Position numbers and translations under genes: made by a program. Below, piece after piece: positions 49,916 to 62,340 of a DNA stretch of 64,000 nucleotides (its first letter is position 1; the number at the start of each line of letters is the position of its first letter). This stretch comes from Octopus sinensis (lineage: Eukaryota). Location of the stretch: contig NC_042998.1 of assembly GCF_006345805.1 (NCBI RefSeq), positions 32,240,001-32,304,000 of the forward strand, written 5' to 3'. The notes below the pieces were generated by a model that did not search any database, was not told where the DNA came from, and saw only the letters and a list, made by a program, of their open reading frames with translations.

Positions 49916-51057
49916 CACTTCGTTTACTCGTCTTTTACTGTTCGTATTTTCTACTCAAATTTTATTCTTTCATTGCATCAAAGATCGAGCAAAAATTTCC
50001 ATTGAATTGTCCAATGATTGCGGGTTTCCGAATGCGGAGACTCACACTGTTAGCTTGATTTCATACAGTTTCAGCCTTCCTCGGGATTTCAGTATGGTGG
50101 TACAGATATTTGTTTATCCAACTTCTTCACTATGCTGTCTACATACAACTAAAAGCTCACTTTCTTTCAAAATGAACTTTTGAATGATAATTTAAAAAGT
50201 GACTACAAACAATATGAGGACAAATATCCGTGAAATGTAAATAATGTAAACCATTTCTACTATATCAAGATAAAATATACCAGTCAATTCTAGGTTTTGT
50301 AGATGGAAAGACGAGTTATCAGTACCTGAAGGCATTAAGACATTATCCAAGTATACAGCGGAACACATCTCTTTACAGCTTTCATTTTCAGCAAAGTAAA
50401 ACTGCTCCATCGAAAGTTAAGTAAACTTGTCACAGACATAGTGCTTTTCGTTTCAATTGGAAATTAATACTTTGATCCATTATCTGGCATTTTGCCAACT
50501 TGGCTGAGTGAAATTATGATAATGGTCACTCGGTAAAATGGTCTCTAATGTATTACTTTTAAAAACATTCTCTTCATTTTTACTGCAGCCATATAAATTG
50601 TTTGGATTAATATTGCTCACTGGAAACAAAATTTAACAGAATGGTACTGTGGGAAGTTATATTTTTCGCTCATCAATCATTCGGTGGGATTATAGCCAGC
50701 TTTATAGAGTTAGTATTATTTCTTGAATAATTCATTACAAGTGACACAAGCAAACACAAAAATAAGCATATGAGCTTAAATTTATATAATTGAATTTTAT
50801 ACGAGATGATATTCGATTCATCATGCTGTGGAGCTGAATATGTTTCTTAAATATATAAATTTCATTAAATATACATTTGTTTTTAAATAACACTGTAAAC
50901 AATTAAATATTTTTGAAGACATAAAAATATGAATTTACTGTTTTTATTAGAATTTTTTTTTTCGGTTTTTGGTTAAAAAAAAGTTAAGGTCAAACTTAAA
51001 GCAAGTTATTTAGAGAATATGATTATGCCATATTCACCTTCATTTGAGAGCAATGCC

Positions 51058-51287
51058 TATTTCTTTACTACCCACAAGGGGCTAAACACAGAGAGGACAA
51101 ACAAGGACAGACAAATGGTTTAAGTCGATTATATCGACCCCAGTGCATAACTGGTACTTAATTTATCGACCCCGAAAGGATGAAAGGCAAAGTCGATGTC
51201 GGCGGAATTTGAACTAAGAACGTAACGGCAGACGAAATACGGCTACGCATTTCGCCCGACGTGCTAACGATTCTGCCAGCTCGCCGC
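51058..51287 (-). mobile_element. SINE family A
   Basis: Full-length, flanked by AGCAATGCCT direct repeats. Confidence 0.88.
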
Positions 51288-51494
51288 ATTTTGATAGCAA
51301 TGCCTGTCATCAACAAATGTGTTCAGTTTCTTTGATTCTCCAGTCTTACAAAACCAAAAATCTTTGCCGCATCTACAAACCCATTGAATTGACTCTGATG
51401 TGACTTCCTGCCTTTCGCTTGAAGCAGTCTTTTAATGAAAGTCATATCATCGCTATCTCGGTTGCAGTGAAAGCTACAATGTAACTGAAATGGA

Positions 51495-51498
51495 GTCG

Positions 51499-51559
<61 letters not shown>

Positions 51560-51965
51560 TATCATCATCGTCGTCGTCGTCATCATCATCATCATCGTCG
51601 TCATCATTATCATCATCATCGTTGTCATCATCATCGTCGTCGTCGTCGTCGTGTTCATCATCATAATCGTCATCATCATCGTCATTATCATCATCATCAT
51701 CATCATCATCATCGTCATAATTATTATCATCATCATCGTCATAATCATCATCATCATCATCGTCATCATCATCATCGTCGTCGTCGTCATCATCATCATC
51801 ATCGTCGTCGTCGTCGTCGTCGTCATCATCATCATCGTCGTCGTCGTCATCATCATCATCATTATCATCATCATCACCACCACCATCACCATCATCATCA
51901 TCATTGACATCGTCGTCATCGACTTTGTCGTTGTCATCAAGTTCATTGTCGTCGTCATCGTTGTC
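51495..51965. repeat. ~470-bp compound (ATC)/(GTC)/(ATT) trinucleotide array
   Basis: Direct reading; gives poly-M/T and poly-I ORFs. Confidence 0.95.
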
Positions 51966-52130
51966 CTTATCATGCTGGCATAGGTTAAACGTTTCGACCC
52001 AGTGGACCCAAGAAGGGCTTCGGGCTCAGGTGTCTACTTTGGAATGGTCTTATAGCTGGATGCCCTTCCTAATGCCAGTCCCTTTACAGCATGTATTTCA
52101 TGCTTCCTCTCTACCCCACCAACACTGTTG
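51960..52130 (-). mobile_element. Family D (RTE-tail-like) diverged copy
   Basis: CATGCTGGCAT.GGTT...CAGCTGGATGCCCTTCCTAATGCCA. Confidence 0.6.
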
Positions 52131-52319
52131 AAGTTGCCAGGTAGGTTGCAAGACACCGAGGGGGAAGCTTAACAGATGAGAGATTAGAACAGTTTTCTTG
52201 TTGGGGATGAGGTACATGTCAACTTACATTTTCGAAGAGAGGGTGAAAGGGATTAGATGGAGCTGGGAAGAGATAAAAATAGTAGGTATAAGATGTTATA
52301 GCTGCAGTACCATATATAT

Positions 52320-52560
52320 ATATATGTGTGTGTATATTTGTGGCATGTGTGTGTGTCTATGTTTGTCCCCTCCACGATCGCTTGACAACCGATGTTGGTG
52401 TGTCTACGTCCTCCATAACTTAGCGGTTTGGCAAAAGAGACCGATGGAATAAGTACTGGGCTTACAAATAATAAGTCCTGGGGTCAATTTGTTCAACTAA
52501 AGGCGGTGCTCCTGCATGACCACGGTCAAATAACTGAAACAAGTAAAAGAATAAAAGAAT
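52320..52560 (+). mobile_element. SINE family B, 3' half
   Basis: CGCTTGACAACCGATG...GGCAAAAGAGACCGAT...GAAACAAGTAAAAGAATAAAAGAAT. Confidence 0.8.
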
Positions 52561-52660
52561 ATTTCTTCTATTTCCCTATATACTCCTTGTTTGCTTCCTT
52601 TTCCATAATAACTCTTTATATTGAACTCTGCTTTTCCCCTCCATTTAACCATCACACATT

Positions 52661-52708
52661 GTCTCTGATGAAGGGATATCCTTAAAATCCCAGAAACAGT
52701 TGTAAGAC
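52661..52708 (+). ncRNA. Minimal type-I hammerhead ribozyme
   Basis: GUCU-CUGAUGA-A-GGGAU AUCCUUAAA AUCCC-A-GAAA-CAGUUG-UA-AGAC: 4-bp stem I, 5-bp stem II, near-palindromic ACAGUUGU stem III and a GUA triplet. Confidence 0.7.
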
Positions 52709-52795
52709 TAACTTTCTCTTTATAAATGTCCTGAAAATTCCCTTCAGCTTTGGCTTTATTGTCTCATTTTATTCAACACACACACACACACACAC

Positions 52796-52830
<35 letters not shown>

Positions 52831-52831
52831 C

Positions 52832-53256
52832 TATTTTGCTTGCAGTCATTTGACTGAAGCCATGCTGGAGCACCGCCTTTAGTCGAGGAAATCGACCCCC
52901 AGGACTTATTCTTTGGAAGCCTAGTACTTATTCTATCGGTCTCTTTTGCCAAACCGCTAATTTACAGGGACGTAAACACACCAGCATCGGTTGTCAAGCG
53001 ATGTTGGGGAGGGGACAAAACATAGACACACAAACATATACATATATATATATATATATTATATATATATATATATTATATATATATATACATATATACA
53101 ACGGGCTCCTTTCAGTTTCTGTCTACCAAATCCAGTCACAAGACTTTGGTTAGCCCGAGGCTATAGTAGAAGACACTTGCCCAAGGTGGCATGCATTGGG
53201 ACTGAACCCGGAACCATGTGATTCGTAAGCAAGCTACTTACCACACAGCCAATCCT
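52832..53256 (-). mobile_element. SINE family B
   Basis: Full-length reverse copy. Confidence 0.85.
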
Positions 53257-54184
53257 AACGTTCAGAATTCAGTTGTTTCTACCCTCTGGGGATTTTGAGT
53301 TATTATTGTACCATTATTCAATTAATTCTTCTTGAATTTTTTCTAGACTTGAACCGATGCCACAATTAAATGAATTTATCATCCATGAGTTTGATTCAAA
53401 GGACACGAAATCAGGCAAGCTTTTATTCATGTCGCTTTTAGTGATAATGAGTGTCAGAAAATGTCTGGTGATCCACTTTGATATATGAAGAACACATTTC
53501 TGCCAGCTCAAGTATGTTGTGAAATATCTTTAAAAGTAAATTTCCGAAAATGATTTTTTAATGTTTCAGTAAATGTTAGAAACCTTGTTTTATAATTAAA
53601 TAAATTTTATAACGTAATAAATTTTATAATGTAATAAATTCTCCTTTAATTTCCAGAGTTACCTTATTAAGCTTTCAAAATACCCAATCTAGATAATAAA
53701 TTTTATTTTCCTTTTCTTGCTTCTTCAGTAATATTTCGATCGTCTTAACTTTCTAGAAAGTTAGCTACAGCCTCAAAGTGGCATATAAATCTCACTATAC
53801 AATTTCCTTTGAAGGTCCATCTTATTTCCAAATATAAAGCAATCAAAAGGAAACTTTCTAATTAGTTGTTTTTTGTATATTCTGTGTAAGTTAACAAATG
53901 GTGATGAGTGAAAACTTAGTAAATATAATTATAATCTTAAGCTTATAAGCTTTCACCATATATTGACTATAGGAAATAGTCCAATATTGAGATATACAAA
54001 CCATCGATGTAAAAAAAAATAATGACCATTAGTACATGTAATGCCCAATTGGGTATTCTGTCGATGGCTTATATGCCCCAATATTAAACTATTTTCAATA
54101 GTCAAAATGCAATGAAAGCTTATAATTATGTTTACAAAATAGATTATTATATTTGCTGTATGACTATTTCACTGACAATTTTAA

Positions 54185-54760
54185 TCATCATCATCATCAT
54201 CATCATCCTCATCGTTTAACATCCGTTTTCCATGCTGGCATGGGTTAGACAGTTCGACTGGGGTTTCGGAAGCCAGGAGGCTGCACCAGGCCCCAATCTG
54301 ATCTGGCAGTGTTTCTACAGCTGGATGCCCTTCCTAACGCCAACTACTCCGAGAGTGTAGTGGGTGCTTTTTACGTGTCACTGACACAGGGGCCAGAGGA
54401 GCTGGAATCGACCACGATCGGTTGGTGCTTTTTACATGCCCCCGGCATGGAAGCCAATCAAAGCGGCACTGGCATCGGCCACATTCGGATGGTCTTTTTT
54501 ACATGCTATTGGCACGGGGCTCACAACGACAATTTCCATTTGATTTTATTTTGATTTTGATGTTGATGTTGATGTACTTGACTCAAAAGGTCTCCTCAAG
54601 CACAGCATGTCACTCTACGATCCAAGGTACTTCTGAGTTGGCTGGTTATGCAACACTGGAGCAGGTTACAGCTGTGGACTCACTTTATTTTCCGGGTCTT
54701 CTCAGTAACAGCATACCTCCAGAGGCCTCGGTCTTTTGTCATTGCCTCTGTGAGGCCCAA
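54185..54760 (-). mobile_element. Family D / RTE 3'UTR-type insertion
   Basis: (ATC)n tail, CCATGCTGGCATGGGTT, GGATGCCCTTCCTAACGCCAAC and (TTTGA)n. Confidence 0.75.
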
Positions 54761-55085
54761 TGTTCAATGTACTTATTAAATAAGGAAAAATTGGATGAAT
54801 TTTTTTTTGTTGCATGTTTATATTTGCACAGAGGATAATATATTACCTTGACTCCAGGGTTTTCTTTTCAAATATGCCATGGTACATTTCTGCTTTACAA
54901 CAAATGAGAAGAACACCATCAGTTATTATTGAAATCAAATTTTCATATGAAATTTTATTTTTTATAGTTAGGACCTTTGTTATGCAAATTATACGTTGTT
55001 CAATTGATAATAGCGATTTGTAACTGTTATGCAAATTGTTCAAGGGTTGAAGACACTTCCCTTAATTGATATAAGAGCATGTGCA

Positions 55086-55505
55086 AGGCGGCGAGATGGC
55101 AGAAACGTTAGCACGCCGGGCGAAATGCATAGCCGTATTTCGTCTGCCGTTACTTTCTGAGTTCAAATTCCGCCGAGGTCGACTTTGCCTTTCATCCTTT
55201 CGGGGTCGATAAATTTAAGTACCAGTTACGCATTGGTTTCGATATAATCGACTTAATTCATTTGCCTGTTCTTGTTTGTCCTCTCTGTGTTTAGCCCCTT
55301 GTGGATAGTAAAGAAATAGGTATTTATTTTGTCTGCCGTTACGTTCTGAGTTCAAATTCCGCCGAGGTCGACTTTGCCTTTCATCATTTCGGGGTCGATA
55401 AACAAAGTACCAGTTACGCACTGGAGTCGATGTAATCGACTTAATCCATTTGTCTGTCCTTGTTTGTTCCCTCTATATTTAGCCCCTTGTGGGCAGTAAA
55501 GAAAT
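55086..55505 (+). mobile_element. SINE family A dimer with 17-bp TSD
   Basis: ATATAAGAGCATGTGCA at 55069-55085 and 55506-55522. Confidence 0.9.
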
Positions 55506-57084
55506 ATATAAGAGCATGTGCATTTAACAGGAAAGGAAGAGAGAGAAAGGCCATTTGGAATAACGTACGTTGAGTCAAGACTATTGTAGATAACACTATA
55601 AAAAAAGACAAAATGCACCAAAAATATATTCCCCAGTTCTGCTACTTTGTATGTATTTTAATAATATATCTTCCGTCAGTTTGCAAATCTCATTAATACA
55701 ATGTTCACTCTCTCTGAAAATGGCTCGTTATGGTGGCCACCTGAAGTTGAATCAGGAAATTAGTTTCATTTCTTAAACTTTCAACTGCTTACTCTTCAAT
55801 ATTCATAGACATTTCATCTGTTTGTTTCTGTGTTGTCTCATTGCTGAATGGCATTTTTCTTAAAATATCTGGAGGGTTATAATGTATCACACTTGAAATA
55901 ACACTTTCTGATACAGATCTTATGACCTTCTCAGTAGCTCTATGACAACAGCCATTTTACAATAATTCTTGCAATCTTGCCTGATGAAACATTAGCTTCT
56001 TCGAATCTCGTATCTACTTTTACAAAATGTATATGTAGGATGCTTCTCAAAATTGGTTTCATTTTTTGGCAATAAACAAAGTAGTTGTTATAACTTAATT
56101 TGGATGCTCCTTATTTCAATGATTAAGATGTCTTGAATGTTTTAAGGCTTCATTTTTGGGAGGGGTGATTGGGAGAACTTTCAATAAAAATATATAATGA
56201 ATATTCACCATGGAATTGGCATCACCTTTTCTTTGCTCCTCTTGATAGTGAATTCTGTAAATTACATAATGACAATGACAATAGTAAGGAATTGACAATA
56301 ATAAAGTACTTTTAAAATATCTGAAATTTTAAATAAGTGTTAGATATGCAAATTAGAACAGCTGTGGAATTAGTGTACAAAACCTCCAGACTTGAAACTG
56401 CAGGTTTTATCTTTCTGCCTCAGTTCACAAACAGCAACATCAAACTAAGATCAGCAGGTCTAATAATTGTACTTCCAAGTTTGTCAGGATGTTGCTTATA
56501 AAAGGTGTTATTCATCACAATCCTGTGAATCATTAGACTTTACATTTTTAATAAAGAGAAATAAAGGTATTAGTTTGATAGCCATAAATCACTAAAAGCA
56601 GATAAAAAGAAATGACCAAAACATAATTTCAGAAGCAAAGAATTTAATTTTTGATTAGTTTCATTCTCAGTAGGAACTCAAATCTTAATTCCCACACAAT
56701 AAGCTCAGCAACATTTTCATTAAAAAATTACATTTATATGATTTAGCATAATAAGAAAGTGAAACTTTGAAACTCTTCTCTTCTTAAGAAGCACAAAAAT
56801 GATTAATTAAAATAATTAGGAAAATGTTAGCAAAATCATTGATTTGATACTCGAAATAAGGGACAAATATAAAGTTACGAAATGCAAGAATGTTAAAAAG
56901 GAATCAGTGATATGAAATAACATCATAAAAATCTAGCAAACACTTGTTTATGCCTCTATTTTGATAATTATTGAGTACTATATGTGAAACCATCATTAAT
57001 CTACTTTAGAATGTTTTGAAAGACTAGGCTGCCCCATCATGCTTCTCACTGTGCCCTTTCACATTCTTGATATTATAATATATA

Positions 57085-57628
57085 TGGTGGCACGTTAAAA
57101 GCACCATTTGAGCATGATCATAGCTAGTGCCACCTGAATGGCTCCTGTGCTGGTGGCATGTAAAAAGCACCATTCAAGAGTGGTCAATGCCAGTGCCGGC
57201 TGACTGGTCCTGTGCCGACTGACTGGTCCTGTGCCGACTGACTGGTCCTGTGCCGACTGACTGCTCCCATGCTGGTGGCATGTAAAAAGCACCATTCAAG
57301 AGTGGTCAATGCCAGTGCCGGCTGACTGGTCCTGTGCCGGCTGACTGGTCCTGTGCCGACTGACTGGCCCCATGCTGGTGGCATGTAAAAAGTACCATTC
57401 GAGCATGGTTGTTGCCAGTGCTGCCAGACTGGTCCTCATGCCGGTGGCACATAAAAAGCACCCACTTACACTCTTGGAGTGGTTGGTGTTCGGAAGGACA
57501 TCCAGCTGTAGAAACTTTGCCAGATCAGATTGGAGCCTGGTGCAGCCTTCTGGCCTGCCAGCCCTCAGTCAAACCGCCCAACCCATACCAGCATGGAAAG
57601 TGGAAGTTAAACGATAATGATGATGATA
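57085..57628 (+). mobile_element. Family D copy with an expanded 19-bp internal minisatellite
   Basis: CTGACTGGTCCTGTGCCG(A/G) repeated at 57200-57260 and 57320-57370; (GAT)n tail. Confidence 0.8.
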
Positions 57629-57829
57629 CTCTGAAAATTGTAACAAATTATTGAGCAATTCAAAACTATTTAAATTTTAATTGATGCTTTAATACATTTT
57701 TGCCTCACTTAAATCAGATTATCCCTCCAGTTTAAATCAGATTATCCACCAATTACATTTTTACCACCTTCTAGAATGGAATTGTCACTGTTGAAAAATA
57801 CTGACCTATATTAGATGCGATATTATATT

Positions 57830-58440
57830 GTATTAGCACGCTGGCCAAAATGTTTAGTAGTATTTCGTCTGTCTCTACTTCCTGAGTTCAAATTCCACCA
57901 AGGTCGACTTTGCCTTTCATCTTTACAGGGTTGATAAATTAAGTACCAGCTGCATACTGGGGTCGATCTAATCGACTGGTTCCCTCCCCAAAAATTTCGG
58001 GCCTTGTGCCTAAAGAAGAAAGGAATATTTTAAGGCAACAAGCTGGCAGAAATGTTAGCCCGCTGGGTGAAATACTTAGAGATATTTCATTTGTATTTAT
58101 GTTCTGAGTTCAAATTCTACCAAGGTCGACTTTGCCTTTCATCCTTTGGTGTTGATAAATTAAGTACCAGTTGCATACTGGAGTCGATCTAATCAACTGC
58201 CCCCCCTCCCCCAAAATTTTAGTCCTTGTGCCTTGAGCAGAAAAGAATATTATAAGGCAGCAAGATGGCAGAACCATTAGCACACTGGACAAAATGCTTA
58301 GCAGCATTTCTTTCAACCTTACAATCTGAGTTCAAATTCTACCGAGGCTGATTTTGCCTTCCATCGTTTTGGGGTCAAGAAAATAAGTACCAGTTGAGCA
58401 CTGGGATCGATGTAAACTTGCTGGCCTTGTGCCAAAATTT
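57830..58440 (+). mobile_element. Cluster of three SINE family A-related copies
   Basis: GAGTTCAAATTC(C/T)ACC(A/G)AGG..GACTTTGCCTTTCATC occurs three times. Confidence 0.8.
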
Positions 58441-59366
58441 GAAACCAGTATTATAAACCAAATACTGGTCAACAAAACATCGCTGATGGAAATCTACAGC
58501 CAGTGTGTATATATGTGTATAGCAGAGTGATGTGTGCATGTGTGTGCTTGAATACGTGTGTCCATTTGAATAGCAATTAATTATTTTAATTCATTTATTT
58601 TTAGAGGAAATATTGCTAAATTCATATATTTATAATGAAAGAAACTCACGGCCCAGTTTCCTTTCTTGGTGAGATCGTGTTCATATATTAAATTAATGCT
58701 CTTTGGGAGGTGTCTAAAATTCTTATTCACAATCTCTTATTCACGGTTTCATAACCAATTAAGAAATCATAACTACAATATATTTCTACCCATTATCAAT
58801 CATTAGATAACAACAGACAACAGCAATGTTAGATACAAATGTTATAAGCAGCCTAGCTTGAAGGTAGTATATTACCCAGTTCTATGATAGATTTGAAACC
58901 ATAAATTCTTCAATTAATCATTCGACTAATAGAAAAGTTCTAGAATGCCTTTATATAATTATTCTCTTACTGAACAGATTTGCTGCTACCAAACCTGACA
59001 TATGGCAAGAGGAACTTTCTGTGATAATTGGCAACTAAACAATAAATAATCTTGAAACTGCTTCAATTTATCTGGAACTAATGCTTCCATCACAGTTGAA
59101 ATAAATGCAATTTTCCAACTAAAAACTAATTATCAAGTTGCTGATTTGTGAAATCCATGCTTTGGTTCTCAACAGCTTCAAAAAAAATGTAATGCTGTTA
59201 ATAATGAATATGGAATATTCAATTTGTTGAATGAAATAAATTTATTAGTGTTTGAACTCATTAGCAATTGGTTCACTAGGTACAGCACAGACGATGCAAT
59301 TGTATAAGCAAAAAAACTGTATCATGTCCCTCTTAATCAAAAAGCAAAAGACAGTATCATGTCCCA

Positions 59367-59740
59367 CATCATCATCATTGTTTAACATCCGTTTTCCATG
59401 CTAGCATGGATTGGACAGTTCGACCGGAGTCTGGGAAGCCATGGAAGCTGCACCAGGCTCCAGTCTGATCTGGCAGTGCTTCTACAGCTGGATACCCTTC
59501 CTAACGCCAACCACTCCGTGAGTGTAGTGGGTGCTTTTTACATGCCATCGGCACAGGTGCCAGGGGAGGCTGGTAATGGCCATGATTGGTTGGTGCTTTT
59601 TATGTGCCACCAGCATGGAAGCCAGTCAAGGTGGCGCTGGCATCGGCCATGTACAGATGGTGCTTTTTACGTGTCACCGGCACATGTGCCAGGTTAGGCT
59701 GGCAATGGCCACGAACGGTAGGTGCTTTTTACGATGCAAA
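59367..59740 (-). mobile_element. Family D copy (minus)
   Basis: Reverse complement of 59880-60185. Confidence 0.8.
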
Positions 59741-59879
59741 TCTATAGCCCTGAGAGGCCAGCCATGTACAGCAAGAGATGTAGCTCCAACCCCGACTGAT
59801 ATCTTTTTCATTCAATCAGTCAACCTTGTTTTTCCCACAATTCACTTCTTGTCTATTCCTTGATATTGTGTAACTATCA

Positions 59880-60185
59880 CCGTCCAAATGTGGCAGATGC
59901 CAGCGCTGCCTGACTGGCGTCCGTGTCAGTGACACATAAAAGCACCAACCAATCGTGGCCGTTTGCCAGCCTGCTCTGGCCTGCTCTGGCACATTAAAAA
60001 CACCCACTACATTCATGGAGTGGTTGGCGTTAGGAAGGGCATCCAGCCGTAGAAACACTGCCAAATCAGACTAGAGCCTGGTGCAGCCTTCGTGGCTTAC
60101 CAGACTCCGGTTGAAATGTCAAATCCATGCTAGCATGGAAAATGGACGTTAAATGATGATGATGATGATGATGACGATGATGATC
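59880..60185 (+). mobile_element. Family D copy (plus)
   Basis: GGAGTGGTTGGCGTTAGGAAGGGCATCCAGC...GGACGTTAAATGATGATG. Confidence 0.8.
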
Positions 60186-61687
60186 CTTTACTGGTCTTTA
60201 TAATCTTCTTTTACCAAACGTTGGTTTGTGCATGAGCATATTCATTAGATGCAGGGTGACACTGTTATTTTACATGATTTTACCAGCTCCTTTTTCTGCT
60301 TTTTGAACAATTACCATTAACGGTCTGTCTTCCCAGTAATTTCTTTCTTAACATTCTCAATAGTTCAATGTTTTGTATTTCGAATGAGAAGCAACTCTCT
60401 CTGTGATTTCATTCCAAAAGTCATCATCATTTTCACCCACAATGTTCAATATCCACGGTTTAAGCCCACGAAATACATTTGAAATTGATATTGCTCTTCA
60501 ATAATGGACTTTATAGTAGCTAAACTGATATTTTTCCTTATTCTAATTTTGCAAATCCACCATTAATGCTGCAATCCAGACTTCACTTCTTTCTTTAAAC
60601 TCACATCTCTTATTTTTCTTTCGAAATATTGATGGTTGCTTTAGTTTTTTTCCTTGTCATTTCAGTTGTACACACTGCTGTTACTACTTATCACTGTTCG
60701 GTACTTTCATTACTTATTTTCATTTTATGTCTTATTGCAGTTGTATAACAACATGTTATTAATTTACCGAGTTCTATACCTTCTGTTTTAACATTTTCTT
60801 TGAAAAGACTCAAGAGTTTCTGATGTTATATATTCTAAAACATTATGAGAAGGCTTAGTGCCAAAAAAAACACCTATACATGCTTGAAACTATAGATTTA
60901 AATCGGTAATTTAATGAATTCTTAACAGGGTCAAGAATTTTAGATATTTAAGCATTAACTATTGGTCAGATGATGTATTTTAAAATTATAAGCCTGATTC
61001 CACATATGACCAAAGGGTTTATCAAACTTGTAGTAATGCTCTGAATGTGTGCCTTTTGAGTTTTTTCTGGAAAAATATTAACATTATAAATCTATTAAAC
61101 AATATTTTTATCTTCTTGGAAACCAGCCTGTGTCTCACTAAATGTCTTTTTTATTAACAGTTTAATTTGAGCTTGTAAAACATATAACAAATCATTGCTT
61201 GGATGACTAATTAAACTGATTATTTAACTCTTTAAGTTGTTTCAGTTTTAACGCTGTGGTCATGCTGGGGAACTGATTTGGGAGGTGTCTGAAATTCTTA
61301 TTCACAATCTCTAATTCACGGTTTCAATATGTCGTATGTAAATTTTACAAATAAGCAAAATGATTGTCGAAAAGTTCTGCATTTATGTTACCTTATATTT
61401 TAGCTTTCCTAATTCCTTACGTAATTTCATCATTGGTGCCAAGCTGTATTGGATTTTGCCTTTCTCTTGGATAACATTGGTAGCATGGAGAAGGGAAGCT
61501 GGTATGCATGGGCGACTGCTTGTATTCCATAAACAACTTTGCCCAGACTTATGCCTTGGAGGGGAACTTACAAGGAGCAAATCCCATGGTCATTCATGAT
61601 CAAAGAGGTTCATTACCTTTACCTTCATCTGAAGTAACTGCTGGATTTTTCTGTGCCTTAAAGGGAATCTGTATTCTAATTTTTAGC

Positions 61688-61875
61688 ACATCATCATCAT
61701 CGTTTAACATCTGTTTTCCATGCTGGCATGGGTTGGACAGTTTGACTGGGGACTGACAAGCCAGGAGGCCTCACCAGGCTCCAGCCTAATCTGGCAGTGT
61801 TTCTACAGCTGGATACCCTTCCTAACACCAACCACTCCAAGAGTGTACCATTTTTTTTAAACACATCACTTGCCA
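61688..61875 (-). mobile_element. Family D 3' fragment
   Basis: CATCATCATCGTTTAACATC...GGATACCCTTCCTAACACCAACCACTCC. Confidence 0.75.
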
Positions 61876-61929
61876 CCTTTAATTTTTGTTGACTTAAATT
61901 CAACGCTTTATTGTTTCTTTTTATCAATT

Positions 61930-62340
61930 ACTAGCAGTATCGCCCGGCGTTGCTCAGGTTTGTTTCGACCCTTTAGAATTAGAATTTTTGAAAAGTAAAA
62001 ATTTCACATTATGTAGCTTGTTATTCCCTTTAGGTGAACATTTTTATGGTTGAAATACACCGAAAAATGGCGACACAGCAGTTATTTATTCAAAGATTCC
62101 TGTCAATCGTAAAAAATAGGGATTTTCATAGAAAAAAAGCGCCTTTTTGATGTAAATAATTTATGGTGTTAACATGGTCCGATTTGAATTTTTTCTTCTA
62201 CGGAAGGAAGAGCAAGCCTTCTTCTATCATACTCTCAATTTTGGTCAACTTGCGCCGCAGGGTCTCGGTGGAGATAGTGTTAGTTGAAGGATACCAAACC
62301 TGCCATACACAGACAACTTCAGCTTTATATAGAGAGAGAT
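61930..62340 (+). mobile_element. Helitron-like family A-related element (different interior)
   Basis: 5' ACTAGCAGTATCGCCCGGCGTTGCTCAGG and 3' CAGACAACTTCAGCTTTATATAGAGAGAGAT. Confidence 0.55.

Larger units (their letters stand above)
53260..56260 (-). mobile_element. Fossil hAT (Buster/Charlie-type) transposase, interrupted by two SINE insertions
   Basis: Collinear manual translations: NEALKHSRHL (BED-like), KMPFSNETTQKQTDEMS..IEE...FLIQLQVAT (cf. PLSNxTVxRRIDEMS...LQLDEST), ISIITDG (cf. VCTDG), LLYLEIRWTFKGNCIVRF (cf. TEVRWLSKG) and SWMINSF...QEELIE (cf. WIRNPF...QEELIEL). Confidence 0.75.

Noticed and set aside
50290-50410. Gypsy-like RT motif AVYLDNVLM on the minus strand
   Set aside because: One degenerate motif without collinear protease, RNase H, integrase or LTR evidence.
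51323-51983. 216-aa poly-Met/Thr and 110-aa poly-Ile ORFs
   Set aside because: Trinucleotide repeat artefacts.
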